From assembly GCA_963674745.2 (NCBI GenBank), contig CAXXDV010000001.1, forward strand, positions 2,240,001-2,304,000: 64,000 bases of DNA. The letters are read 5' to 3'. The translations under genes were made by a program, and so were the position numbers. The DNA comes from Desulfosudaceae bacterium (GTDB lineage: Bacteria > Desulfobacterota > Desulfobacteria > Desulfobacterales > Desulfosudaceae). Below the pieces are notes generated by a model. It ran no database searches, was not told the origin of the DNA, and saw only the letters and a program-made list of their open reading frames with translations. This document shows positions 12,506-22,862 of the stretch, in pieces; position 1 is the first letter of the stretch; the number at the start of each line of letters is the position of its first letter.

Positions 12506-12970
12506 ATGACACCAGACACACCGGTCGTAAAATTTGTCAGGCTCAGGCCTGAAGACGACAGCGATATCGCGCTGCCGGAATATATGACACCACACTCCTC
12601 GGGAATGGACCTGCGGGCCGCCGTGAAAACGGATCAGGTTATTCCCAGGGGTGAAGTGGGCCTGATCCCGACGGGATTCGCTGTTGAGCTGCCTGTCGGT
12701 ATTGAAGCACAGATTCGTCCCAGAAGCGGACTGGCCGTCAAGCATGGTATCAGCATCATTAACGCACCCGGCACGATAGATGCTGATTATCGGGGTGAAA
12801 TTCAAGTCGCCTTGATTAATCTTGGAAAAGAACGCTATGTCGTCAAACGGGGGGACAGGATCGCGCAGATGGTTGTTCAACCCGTTTGTCACGCCAGAAT
12901 CAAACTGGTCGAGGAAATCGCTTCTTCTTCTCGCGGAGAAGGCGGTTTCGGCCATACCGGCCTTAAGTAA
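12506..12970 (+). CDS. dut: dUTP diphosphatase
   Basis: RPRSGLA, GTIDADYRGE, RGEGGFGHTG. Confidence 0.96.
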   Translation: MTPDTPVVKFVRLRPEDDSDIALPEYMTPHSSGMDLRAAVKTDQVIPRGEVGLIPTGFAVELPVGIEAQIRPRSGLAVKHGISIINAPGTIDADYRGEIQVALINLGKERYVVKRGDRIAQMVVQPVCHARIKLVEEIASSSRGEGGFGHTGLK

Positions 12971-12999
12971 GGGGTCGACCCTTTTGAACCGGTTAGCTT

Positions 13000-13815
13000 T
13001 TGGGGGGTAAGTTGAAACACGTTGAATCAGGCCCGAAGAAAAACGGCAACCTTTTCGCCTGTGCCCTGGCCAGCGGCAGCAAGGGCAATTGCCTGTATGT
13101 CTCGGACGGAGATACGGCATTACTGATAGATGCCGGTCTTTCCGGTGTTGAGATAGAAAGACGACTGGCTGTTCATGACATTGATCCCCGATCATTGACC
13201 GCGATTCTTATCTCCCATGAGCACAGTGACCATATCCAGGGTGCCGGTGTTTTTGCCAGACGTTATCAGCTGCCGGTTTATATAAGTCGGGAGACCTGGC
13301 GGGCGGCCGGAACCTTTTTGGGCAAAATCGAAACATACCGGTATTTTGAATGCGGCAGCGGATTTGTCATCGGGGAGCTGGATATCCATCCCTTTTCTTT
13401 ATCACATGATGCGGCGGATCCGGCCGGATTTACGTTTACCCGAAGCGGCTTGAAAATCGGGCTGGCAACGGACCTGGGCGTGGCGACGACCATGGTCAAG
13501 GAAAACCTCAAGGGCTGTCAGGTTCTGATCCTGGAGGCGAACCATGATCCGGAGATGTTGATCGAAGGGCGTTACCCCTGGCCTGTCAAGCAGCGCATCA
13601 AGGGCAGGACAGGGCATCTGTCGAATAACGATACCCGGCAACTGCTTGCCGAACTCAAGCACGACGGGCTGGCGCATGTTGTTCTGGCCCATTTAAGTCA
13701 TGAGAACAATACTTGTGAAAAGGCGCTTTCCGTGGCGGGTGAGGCGCTTGGCGTATCTCATACCACTCTTTCCGTCGCCTTGCAGCACCGGTGTGGTGAG
13801 CTGATTCAGATTTGA
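13000..13815 (+). CDS. MBL-fold metallo-hydrolase (YycJ-like)
   Basis: ASGSKGN, SHEHSDH, LEANHD, LAHLS; start codon uncertain. Confidence 0.85.
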   Translation: MGGKLKHVESGPKKNGNLFACALASGSKGNCLYVSDGDTALLIDAGLSGVEIERRLAVHDIDPRSLTAILISHEHSDHIQGAGVFARRYQLPVYISRETWRAAGTFLGKIETYRYFECGSGFVIGELDIHPFSLSHDAADPAGFTFTRSGLKIGLATDLGVATTMVKENLKGCQVLILEANHDPEMLIEGRYPWPVKQRIKGRTGHLSNNDTRQLLAELKHDGLAHVVLAHLSHENNTCEKALSVAGEALGVSHTTLSVALQHRCGELIQI

Positions 13816-13999
13816 GTTCACCAGGGAAGCCCCCCTTTTCATGGTTTTTTTCGATGGTGACCGGCGTTTTGCCGCCAAATCCGGAGATCAATTCGTGAAA
13901 ACCCAGACCAAAGAACACAAAACCTTGCGCTCATTTCCGCTATGGAGTAAAATAATAGAAGTAGGTTTAATTAAATAACCATAATTATGGTGTAAATTA

Positions 14000-15946
14000 A
14001 TGTCGGACACGGATCTGGAGACTCCGGGAAATTCCGTTCCCGCACCCGAGGAAAAAAAAGAACTGACTTTAGAGGAAAAAGTCCTGGATTGTTTTGTGGC
14101 CTTTTATAAAAAACAACTGGGCTTTCGCCGAAGGGTCGGAGCGGAAATTTCTTTTCTGGAAGCCAATCGGTTCAACCCTAAGGTCAAGACGCACAATGTA
14201 AAAGTGAAAGTCGGCATGAATGACTGGCGGGCCAGGCGGGTGACCCTTGGTCCCATTGGCGAGGACTCCGGCTCCAAGAGTAAGTGCTTTCTGGTTATTT
14301 ATGACGATAAGATTGTTGTTAAGGTCCCGCCCATTCCGATTACCGATTTTGACGCCTATATTAAAAGCATGAAAAAGGAACGGCGGATTATTGAAAAAGT
14401 TCAGCCCCGGGAAAGCGTTATCCCCACTCTCGGGGTTATCCTCAACAAGTATCAACCTTATCTGGAAGATATGTCGGCCGCCGGCAAAGAACTCACCGAA
14501 GAAAGTGCCGAAGAATGGTTGAGGGAAAATCCGGATTTCCAGGAATATTTTCAGATCGAGGGCGGGTTTGTGTTTTTTATGGATCTTGCCAGATATGTTT
14601 TTCTGGCCGATGCGATCGCCTTGTTCCACGCCATTGACAGCGGGCTCCAGGACGAACTTTTAAGAGATCCGACGATTATTGACGACTTTGACAAATTCGA
14701 GGGACGATACGGTCTGGAAAATGCCCAGCTGGGAATGGACCTTAAGAGCGTTTATGATGAGTTTGAAGACCACTTGCGAAAGCTGATGGTCAAGGCCGGT
14801 GTGTCCCCTTCTTTATTGCTTTATAAAACCCAGGAATGGTTCTTTCGCCATGTGGCCGAGCTCCAGGTCGAAAAAGATGAAAAAAAGGGTCTGGATGACG
14901 GATTTGTTAATCAGCTCAATAAGCTGCTGAAGAAGATCATGGATGAAAACCGGGACCTGGTCAACGAATACAAACAGATGGTTCAGGATTCGATCCAGAC
15001 CGTCTCTTTTTCTCAGTATAAGATGTACATGGAAGGGTTGATCTCCAATTCGCTGGAACTGCTGGCCTGGTTGGATTATAAAGGTGTGGCCATCCGTGAC
15101 ATAAAGCCGGACAATCTGCTGGTGGCTGGAGATCCGGACAGGTACCCGGCGTTTTTATCCGCTCCGAATACCTATAAGATCGGGTTGATCGACGTGGAAA
15201 CCGCTGTTGATATAAAACCTGAAGACGGCCGGCTGGTTCAACCACAACTGGGCGGGACCCCTTTTTATGCCACACCGTTGAATATGTTCTCCAATAAAAC
15301 ATTGCTATCCGCCCATGGCGATCTGCAAAGAGCGCTCTTCCTTCAGGACTGGTTTTCGACTTTGGCGATGATTTACGGTATTGTTGTCAACGATTACCTG
15401 TTCGGTAAAACGGCAAAGCAGCTGGTGATCCTGACCCGCAAAATTCAAAAGGCGCTCAAAGCCGATCAGCCACCTGAAGCCGTTCTAAATGAGGCCAACA
15501 AGATATTCTGGACGACTGCCGCCGAGGAATTTAATTCAAGTATGAGGGCACACAGAGAACAGTTCCGGACCATCAGAGTTTTTCTGCATGGTAATGTCCG
15601 GACGCTGTTTGAGCGGGAATTCACCAAAGAAATGAAAAATGCGGACAAGGCCATAAAAAAGCTGATCGCGCAGCAGTCATTGTTCAAGAACAAAAAGAAT
15701 CAGATGCAGCTCTATCAGGGGGCACCGGACCGCATCACCGAAGTCATCGATAAAATCAAGAACAAACCGGATATCGATACCCGGTCGTTGGCGCAACTGG
15801 AACGTGTAAGGGAGTTGAAACAACGTCAGCAGTATTACAATGAGGTCGTCGGTCTGGTACAGGACCCCAACAGTGAAATGTCCGCGCTTTACCTGATGGA
15901 TGTGATGTTTACACTGGCGCGTGATTTCATGGATCTTCGCTTCTGA
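14000..15946 (+). CDS. Ser/Thr protein kinase-like protein
   Basis: IVVK, IRDIKPDNLL, LIDVETA and LGGTPFYATP kinase subdomain motifs. Confidence 0.7.
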   Translation: MSDTDLETPGNSVPAPEEKKELTLEEKVLDCFVAFYKKQLGFRRRVGAEISFLEANRFNPKVKTHNVKVKVGMNDWRARRVTLGPIGEDSGSKSKCFLVIYDDKIVVKVPPIPITDFDAYIKSMKKERRIIEKVQPRESVIPTLGVILNKYQPYLEDMSAAGKELTEESAEEWLRENPDFQEYFQIEGGFVFFMDLARYVFLADAIALFHAIDSGLQDELLRDPTIIDDFDKFEGRYGLENAQLGMDLKSVYDEFEDHLRKLMVKAGVSPSLLLYKTQEWFFRHVAELQVEKDEKKGLDDGFVNQLNKLLKKIMDENRDLVNEYKQMVQDSIQTVSFSQYKMYMEGLISNSLELLAWLDYKGVAIRDIKPDNLLVAGDPDRYPAFLSAPNTYKIGLIDVETAVDIKPEDGRLVQPQLGGTPFYATPLNMFSNKTLLSAHGDLQRALFLQDWFSTLAMIYGIVVNDYLFGKTAKQLVILTRKIQKALKADQPPEAVLNEANKIFWTTAAEEFNSSMRAHREQFRTIRVFLHGNVRTLFEREFTKEMKNADKAIKKLIAQQSLFKNKKNQMQLYQGAPDRITEVIDKIKNKPDIDTRSLAQLERVRELKQRQQYYNEVVGLVQDPNSEMSALYLMDVMFTLARDFMDLRF

Positions 15947-16839
15947 TAATACCATTTGCCGTGAAGATTCTGATACCACCAGGCAAAACGGATGGGTGCC
16001 GGCAACTTTGGTATCCAGAATCCGTCCGGAATTGTTTCGGCAGGCTGCCGGCGGCCGGGTGTGATATCAGCCATGATGTGGCCTTCGCCTTCCGACTGCT
16101 TCATTCGTGCCAGTATTTCCCCTCCGGCATCGACGATCTGGGTCTCACCAAGAAAAAATGATTCGTATGGGAACCCCGGAAGCAAGGGGGTGTTTCCGTT
16201 AAAACGACCGGCGTGTGCCGCGTGAACGACCGGGCAGCCCAGCATTCGCGCGAATCTGGCCGGTGTTTTCTCCATAATTGAAAAATTGTTATTTTTTACC
16301 GAATGCGAAAAGCCGGGCAACCTTTTTTTCGGTAAGGACCACCAGCAGGAACCGCCGACAACCAGGTCTACCCGGCCCAGCAGTCGTCGAGCGGTCCGGG
16401 TCCTTACAAATTCCCAGCACAATGCAACGCCGATATCCCCGACCGGTGTGGTTAAGACACCATCATCGGCTCCGCCGCGATAATAGCAGTTTTCCCACAT
16501 GGTGGGCTGGTCTTTGTCATGAAAGAAAAATTGCCGGTCCGGGAAAACCAGAAAAAAGCGGTTGTAGGCATGCTTTCCCACGGATACAATGAATGACCCC
16601 CCGATGATACCGTTGTAACTCGCGGCAAGCTCCATGAACATCCGCATCGCATGGCCATCCGGTTTTTCAGCCACCCTGTCCATCACCGGATGAAAGCCCA
16701 TGGCCGTGGGAAAAAACTCCGGCAGAATGACCATTTGCGCACCGCCGGCGAATGCTTCTGCGGCCAGCCGCCGGGCGGACTGGAGGTTTTTGTTTACGTC
16801 GCCCAGCGTGGCGACCATCTGAACAGCTGCAATTTTCAT
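15889..16839 (-). CDS. Carbon-nitrogen hydrolase (nitrilase superfamily)
   Basis: MKIAAVQ, LPEFF, HDK, ALCWE (E-K-C triad). Confidence 0.88.
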   Translation of the reverse strand: MKIAAVQMVATLGDVNKNLQSARRLAAEAFAGGAQMVILPEFFPTAMGFHPVMDRVAEKPDGHAMRMFMELAASYNGIIGGSFIVSVGKHAYNRFFLVFPDRQFFFHDKDQPTMWENCYYRGGADDGVLTTPVGDIGVALCWEFVRTRTARRLLGRVDLVVGGSCWWSLPKKRLPGFSHSVKNNNFSIMEKTPARFARMLGCPVVHAAHAGRFNGNTPLLPGFPYESFFLGETQIVDAGGEILARMKQSEGEGHIMADITPGRRQPAETIPDGFWIPKLPAPIRFAWWYQNLHGKWYYQKRRSMKSRASVNITSIR

Positions 16840-17175
16840 AAAAAAGTACCTCTCATAAACGGTGTTTAAGATATTCCTTTGGCTCCTTCTAAAAAGCTAT
16901 CGACTTAACTGGCCATTATACCATTTGCTTACTACCACTAATCGGGAGATGAACCAATTTTTTAAAATCCCCAAACGGCTTAAACGGCGCCCATGAGGTG
17001 CGCCGTGGCGGAACCCCCGCCAATGACGCTGCCTGCGTCGGTGATAACATTATCCCGGTGTAATGAAAAGCGTCCGGCCGAAAAACAGATCCGTTCCGTT
17101 CTTGCGATTTTTTTTTTGATCGCTTACACTTTGTCCTGACGAAAGATGAGCCATGATTAATAAGAGATAAATACC

Positions 17176-18204
17176 ATGACTGTCGATTCAAGACAATGGA
17201 GGGCCCGGGCTCTCATTTTTTTGCTTATTAACGCCGCCGTGATTGTTGCCTGCAGCGCTGACCGGCGGATCAGTTTTTCCGGTAAAACCATGGGAACCAC
17301 TTATCACATTACGGTGATTGCACCGTCGATGACCAGTGGTGACCGTCTGCAGAAAAAAGTGGAAGCCCGCCTGGTGGAGATTAATAACAGCATGTCCACC
17401 TATATCGCTGCCAGTGAAATCAGCCGCTTTAATAACTTTAATCATGTCGGGCGACCTTTTGCCGCATCCGATGATTTTACCCGGGTGCTGCAAATCGGGG
17501 AAAGAATTTTCAACCTGACGAAAGGGGCCTGGGATGCAACGGTATGGCCGCTGGTTAAGCTGTGGGGTTTTCATCTCCCGGTGGAACAACGCCGTGTACC
17601 GACCAGAAAACAGATCGACAGCGCACTGGCATGTATCGGTTATGGGAAGATTCAGCTGACCGAGGCGGGTGTAATTAAGAAAGCATCCTGTGTCACCCTG
17701 GATTTGGGCTCCATCGCCAAGGGGTACGGCGTGGATCAGATCGCGGCGTTACTGAAAGAAAACGGCTTAACCGATTTTATCGTTGAAATCGGCGGCGAGA
17801 TAGTCGCCTCCGGGACCAAGGGAAATGGAGACAATTGGAATATCGGCATCAATCTGCCGGAGGACTATGCGCCGGCCAATCAGGTGCGTCGAACACTGAC
17901 GCTTTCCAATCGTGCCGTAGCCACCAGCGGGGATTATCGGAATTTTTTTATGGTTGGTGATAACCGGTACTGCCACGTCCTTGATCCGCGTACCGGTAGC
18001 CCGGTAAAGACCAGTGTGGTCAGCGCCTCGGTTGTTTCCGATTCCTGTGCATTTGCCGATGGTCTGGCAACGGCGCTCATGATCATGGCGCCGGAAGAAA
18101 GCCTGTCGCTTGTCAATTCTCTGGCGCACACGGAGTGTCTGGTTACCGTGCGGGAAGCCGACGGACAACTGAAAGACTACTATTCAAAAAAATTCTATAA
18201 ATAA
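17176..18204 (+). CDS. apbE: FAD:protein FMN transferase (ApbE), lipoprotein
   Basis: TMGTTY, DLGSIAKGYGVD, ATSGDYR, DPRTG, ADGLAT. Confidence 0.93.
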   Translation: MTVDSRQWRARALIFLLINAAVIVACSADRRISFSGKTMGTTYHITVIAPSMTSGDRLQKKVEARLVEINNSMSTYIAASEISRFNNFNHVGRPFAASDDFTRVLQIGERIFNLTKGAWDATVWPLVKLWGFHLPVEQRRVPTRKQIDSALACIGYGKIQLTEAGVIKKASCVTLDLGSIAKGYGVDQIAALLKENGLTDFIVEIGGEIVASGTKGNGDNWNIGINLPEDYAPANQVRRTLTLSNRAVATSGDYRNFFMVGDNRYCHVLDPRTGSPVKTSVVSASVVSDSCAFADGLATALMIMAPEESLSLVNSLAHTECLVTVREADGQLKDYYSKKFYK

Positions 18205-18214
18205 GGAGGATATT

Positions 18215-19036
18215 ATGTCGGCCTACGAATTTTACCTGGTGGAAAAAGAACCGCCCCTGGCATGGGTTTACCTGAACCGCCCGGAGAAAAAAAATGCAAT
18301 GAATCCACCGGCATGGAAAGAGATTATACCGATTTTTGAGGATATTGAGGCCGATGATGATATTCGCGTGGCCATTATCGCCGGCAAAGGGCAGGCTTTT
18401 TCAGCCGGTATTGATCTGGTGGGAATGGGGGGCGAACTGCCGGAAATGACCGATCCGCATCAGAAGGGCGGTATTAAGGAAAAGTTGATTAAAAAGATCA
18501 AACAGCTCCAGGACACCATCAGCTGTATCGAGTGGTGCAGAAAGCCGGTTATCGCAGCCATCCATGGTTATTGTATCGGCGCCGGCCTTGATATGGCGAC
18601 GGCCTGTGATATCCGTCTGTGCAGCGAGGACGCCGTTTTTTCCCTGCGGGAAGCGGCAGTGGCTTTTGTGGCCGATGTCGGTGTGCTGCAACGCATACCC
18701 CATATCGTCGGGCAGGGGATCGCCAGGGAACTGGCCTTCAGCGCGAAAAATATCGATGCCAAAAGGGCCCGGGAAGTTTTGCTGGTGAACGAGGTGTTTC
18801 AAGACAAAGCGGCGTTGTTGGCCGGCGCCCGCCAATGGGCAATAGAAATAGCCGAAAAATCACCCCTGGCGGTTCAGGCCTCCAAGGACGTTTTGAATTA
18901 TGGTATCGGCAAATCGATAAACGACGGGCTTACCTATGTGGCCAGCAAAAGTGCCAACATTCTTCCCTCTGATGATTTTCTTGAGGCTGTAACCGCTTTT
19001 ATTGAAAAACGCAAGCCGGTCTTTCCTGGAAAATAA
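18215..19036 (+). CDS. Enoyl-CoA hydratase/isomerase family protein
   Basis: LNRPEKKNAM, FSAGID, IHGYCIGAGLD. Confidence 0.92.
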   Translation: MSAYEFYLVEKEPPLAWVYLNRPEKKNAMNPPAWKEIIPIFEDIEADDDIRVAIIAGKGQAFSAGIDLVGMGGELPEMTDPHQKGGIKEKLIKKIKQLQDTISCIEWCRKPVIAAIHGYCIGAGLDMATACDIRLCSEDAVFSLREAAVAFVADVGVLQRIPHIVGQGIARELAFSAKNIDAKRAREVLLVNEVFQDKAALLAGARQWAIEIAEKSPLAVQASKDVLNYGIGKSINDGLTYVASKSANILPSDDFLEAVTAFIEKRKPVFPGK

Positions 19037-19042
19037 CCTGTT

Positions 19043-20359
19043 TTGAAAGTACATCTGACCAGCCTGGGTTGCGCCAAGAACCAGGTAGACAGTGAGTTGA
19101 TGCTGGGCATGTTCCTGGAACGGGGACATCTGCCATGTGATACGCCTGACGAGGCTGACGCCATTGTTGTCAATACCTGCGCTTTTATTGAAGCGGCCGT
19201 TGAAGAGGCGATCGATACGATTCTTGAACTGGCGAAATTCAAAAGCGAACAATGCCGCCTGATCGTCTGTGGCTGCCTTCCGGAAAGATATCAGTACGAC
19301 CTGGCAGATTCTTTGCCCGAGGTCGATTTTTTTTTCGGAACCGGCGCCTACCACAAGGTGGTCGATGCGCTGGCGGCGGATACCGGCCGTCTTGTCCGGT
19401 GTTCCCTGCCGCCCCCGGAAAGCGTCAGCCTGGCTCACAAATTCCCCGGCAGAATGTGGCGCCGTGACGGATTTGCGTACCTGAAAATCGCTGAAGGATG
19501 TGACCGGCGATGTACTTATTGTATTATCCCCAAACTACGCGGCCGCCGGAAAAGCCGCCCCCTCGAAGATATTGTTTCTGAAGCGACCGCCCTGGTCGAA
19601 ACGGGTGTTCGGGAACTGGTATTGATCAGCCAGGAAACGTCCGCTTACGGTCGGGATTTGACGCCGATGACGGATTTAACGGAACTTCTGGACGTCCTTT
19701 CGGCGCGATTTCCGGAAACGTGGGTCCGTTTGCTTTATATGCATCCGGAAACCATTACTTCCGGGCTGATCCGTATGATCGCGGACCGGGAAAATATCTG
19801 TTCATATTTTGATATTCCCGTCCAGCATGCGACAGACCGGATATTAAAACGTATGGGCCGGCACCATAAAAGAGCGGATCTTTTCCGGCTTTTTACACAA
19901 ATCAGGAGACATGTGCCGCAGGCCGCTTTGCGGACCACCGTCATGGTCGGATTCCCGGGAGAAACCAAACCGGATATGGATGAGTTAATGAATTTTATTA
20001 AAGAGATAGAGTTTGACCATGTGGGTGTCTTCGTATATTCTGATCATGAAGATCTGGCTTCCCATGGTCTGGCCGGTCATGTCGCTTTGGAAAAGGCGGA
20101 AACGAGGCGTCACCGGTTGATGACCGCACAGGCAGAAATCTCCCGGGCGCGTAACCATCAGCGACTGGGTGAGAACCTTCGCGTTCTGCTGGAAAATCGG
20201 ATCGGGGATCATCTTTTTGATGGCCGGGCTGAATTTCAGGCGCCGGAGGTGGACGGCATTATCCGGGTTGCCGGTGAAGACCCGGTAAATTGCGGTGATT
20301 TTGTCACCGTGCACGTAACGGAAGCGACCGAATACGATCTTTCGGGAAAAATTGTATGA
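19043..20359 (+). CDS. rimO: Ribosomal protein S12 methylthiotransferase
   Basis: SLGCAKN.VDSE, CDRRCTYC radical-SAM motif, APEVDG, TRAM tail. Confidence 0.93.
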   Translation: MKVHLTSLGCAKNQVDSELMLGMFLERGHLPCDTPDEADAIVVNTCAFIEAAVEEAIDTILELAKFKSEQCRLIVCGCLPERYQYDLADSLPEVDFFFGTGAYHKVVDALAADTGRLVRCSLPPPESVSLAHKFPGRMWRRDGFAYLKIAEGCDRRCTYCIIPKLRGRRKSRPLEDIVSEATALVETGVRELVLISQETSAYGRDLTPMTDLTELLDVLSARFPETWVRLLYMHPETITSGLIRMIADRENICSYFDIPVQHATDRILKRMGRHHKRADLFRLFTQIRRHVPQAALRTTVMVGFPGETKPDMDELMNFIKEIEFDHVGVFVYSDHEDLASHGLAGHVALEKAETRRHRLMTAQAEISRARNHQRLGENLRVLLENRIGDHLFDGRAEFQAPEVDGIIRVAGEDPVNCGDFVTVHVTEATEYDLSGKIV

Positions 20360-21339
20360 CTGAGAATCTTAAACAGGCCATTTTAACGGCGGTGGCCGAA
20401 GATATTGATGAAATTGAAAAGGCGCTGGGCGATAACCTGACACCCTACCTGGACAAGGTCCGGGAAATCGCCGGTCATATTCTTTTCAGCGGCGGCAAGC
20501 GGATACGGCCGTTGTTGATGATATTAAGCGCCAGATTATGTGGTTACCAGAAGAATGATGCGGCAACCTTTGCTATTCTTTTCGAATATCTGCACACGGC
20601 GACGCTGCTCCATGATGATCTTGTGGATTATGCCAGTGTCCGGAGAGGTAAGCCTGTGGCCAACACTATCTGGGGGAACGCTTCTGCGGTCCTTACCGGA
20701 GACTTCCTTCTGGCCCGGGCCAGCAGCCTGGCAGTGAAAACAGAAAAAATGGAAATTCTGGAGATTTTGGCGCGGATCACTGAAGACATGTCCCAGGGGG
20801 AGCTTCATCAGTTGGCGAAAAAAGGTGATCCGGAACTGTCCGAAGCAGAATATCTGCAGATCATCAGAAACAAAACGGCTGTTCTGATGCAGGGGGCCTG
20901 TCTGTCCGGGGCTATTCTGGCGGATGCCTCCCCGGCTGAAAAGCAGGCCATGTCTGATTACGGTATTAATCTGGGAATGGCTTTTCAAATGGCGGACGAT
21001 CTTCTGGATTACGTTTCAGACAGTGAACAGCTTGGAAAGGCTGTGGGGGCGGACCTGAGGGAAGGGAAGTTTACCCTGCCGCTGATCGCCAGTCTGGCCA
21101 GGGCCGATGAGCGTGACGCCGGGCAGATAAAAGAAATGATGAATAAAAGGGAGTTCTCAACTGAAGCGTTCCAGGCCTTGAACCGATTACTTGACAAATA
21201 CGGTGGCATTGATTATACGCGGACCTGCGCTGCCGCTTATGTTGCCCGGGCCAAAGCTGCGCTGTCCATGTTCAAGCCCTCAACCGCCGGAGACATACTG
21301 GCGATGCTTGCCGATTACACTTTGGCGAGGAACAGCTAA
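20356..21339 (+). CDS. Polyprenyl diphosphate synthase
   Basis: GGKRIRP, LLHDDLVD, FQMADDLLD. Confidence 0.92.
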   Translation: MTENLKQAILTAVAEDIDEIEKALGDNLTPYLDKVREIAGHILFSGGKRIRPLLMILSARLCGYQKNDAATFAILFEYLHTATLLHDDLVDYASVRRGKPVANTIWGNASAVLTGDFLLARASSLAVKTEKMEILEILARITEDMSQGELHQLAKKGDPELSEAEYLQIIRNKTAVLMQGACLSGAILADASPAEKQAMSDYGINLGMAFQMADDLLDYVSDSEQLGKAVGADLREGKFTLPLIASLARADERDAGQIKEMMNKREFSTEAFQALNRLLDKYGGIDYTRTCAAAYVARAKAALSMFKPSTAGDILAMLADYTLARNS

Positions 21340-21346
21340 CCCGGAG

Positions 21347-22573
21347 ATGAAAATGCGTACTTTAATTTTTGTTCTGACCGGCCTGATGACACTGCTTATC
21401 TTCCCGGTCGCTTACAGTGCCGATTCATCCGATGGTATTCTTTCCATTGAAACCATTGGTACCAGCCGGATAAACGAGGAAGACCCTTCTTCCGCCGAAC
21501 AGGCCGCCATCAGCAATGCGCTGGAACTGGCGCTTGATCGAGGTGTGGCCGCGATCGTACCCCCGGAGATTCTGGCCGGGAATTTTTCGGAGATCGTCAA
21601 TTCTTTTTACGGCCGTACCGAACACTTTATTCTTAACTATAAGAAGTTGGCGGTGACCAAGGTGGATGGCTTCTGCCGGGTTCTGGTCCGGGCATCTATC
21701 CCGGCCGACAATATAAAAGGACGCATCCGGCAGTCCGGTATCATGATCGACAGGTCGGTATCCCCGCGTGTGCTGATTATGATCAGTGAAGAGCGGGATG
21801 GAAAAGTACCTGTCTACTGGTGGCGGAAAGGCGGGTCGAAGCTTATGGTCGTGGCTGAAAAAAGCATGGCCCAGGATTTCGTTAAAAGGGGGCTAACGCC
21901 CTTATCCCACGATCGGGGACAATTGATGATGGACTTGAACGACGACAGCCTCCGTTTAAAGGATAGTGCGGTCTTTGAGATCGGCCGTCAGCTGGGTGCG
22001 GATTTTGTTATTACCGGCCGGTCTTCGGTGGTCATTCCGGATAATTTCAGGCCTGAAAGAGGGGGGGATGTTTTGGGGGTGATTGATGCCCGGCTGCTGG
22101 ATATCAATACCGAGAGCATTATTTCCATCGCCACGATCCATCATAGTGCCAGTCACTCGGAGAATGCTCCCGGCAGACACAACGCTCTTTCCGGGGCCGG
22201 AACGGAGGCGGTACGGCGATTTGCGCCGGCCATTATTACGGCTTTCGAACAACAGAAAAACAGGCCTCATGAATATCAAATCCGTATTGAGGGTGCCGGA
22301 TACCTGGCCTACCTGAACACATTTCGAAATCTTCTGGCGTCCCTTGACGGCGTTGACCAGCTCCAGATTAATGAAATGAAAAGAGACGAGGCTGTTATCA
22401 GCGTGAACTTCAGGGGGAGTACGCGTGAACTGGCCGGTAAACTGGCTTCAGCGGCTTCTGAGGGTTTAACCATAAATGTCCGGCGTGTTTTAGAAGACGG
22501 TATCGTCATCACGCTGGCACCACCGGATATGACGGCTGATTTCAATGAGACGGGAGAAACAACCAGGCCATAA
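21347..22573 (+). CDS. Exported hypothetical protein
   Basis: ATG with signal-peptide-like N-terminus just after the prenyl synthase stop. Confidence 0.65.
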   Translation: MKMRTLIFVLTGLMTLLIFPVAYSADSSDGILSIETIGTSRINEEDPSSAEQAAISNALELALDRGVAAIVPPEILAGNFSEIVNSFYGRTEHFILNYKKLAVTKVDGFCRVLVRASIPADNIKGRIRQSGIMIDRSVSPRVLIMISEERDGKVPVYWWRKGGSKLMVVAEKSMAQDFVKRGLTPLSHDRGQLMMDLNDDSLRLKDSAVFEIGRQLGADFVITGRSSVVIPDNFRPERGGDVLGVIDARLLDINTESIISIATIHHSASHSENAPGRHNALSGAGTEAVRRFAPAIITAFEQQKNRPHEYQIRIEGAGYLAYLNTFRNLLASLDGVDQLQINEMKRDEAVISVNFRGSTRELAGKLASAASEGLTINVRRVLEDGIVITLAPPDMTADFNETGETTRP

Positions 22574-22862
22574 CAGCCGGCTGGGATTTGCCGGGCGGCT
22601 GATCGAAGACCTTTTGCTGCTTTTCCGGTTGCTGATCGATTTTATCCGGGGGAGATATCGTCAGGTGCCGGTGCGGGTCATTGCTGTATTGATTTTTGTT
22701 CTGGTTTATATTTTTTCACCGTTTGATCTTATTCCGGATTACCTGCCGGGTTTCGGGCAGATTGACGACGTCGTTGTGGCTTTGCTTTGTCTTTATTTTT
22801 TAGAAAAGGACCTGCTGATTTATAAACAATGGAAAACAGGCAATAGCGGGGAGCAGGAATGA
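22545..22862 (+). CDS. DUF1232 (YkvA) membrane protein
   Basis: YIFSPFDLIPDYLPGFGQIDD. Confidence 0.88.
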   Translation: MRREKQPGHNSRLGFAGRLIEDLLLLFRLLIDFIRGRYRQVPVRVIAVLIFVLVYIFSPFDLIPDYLPGFGQIDDVVVALLCLYFLEKDLLIYKQWKTGNSGEQE

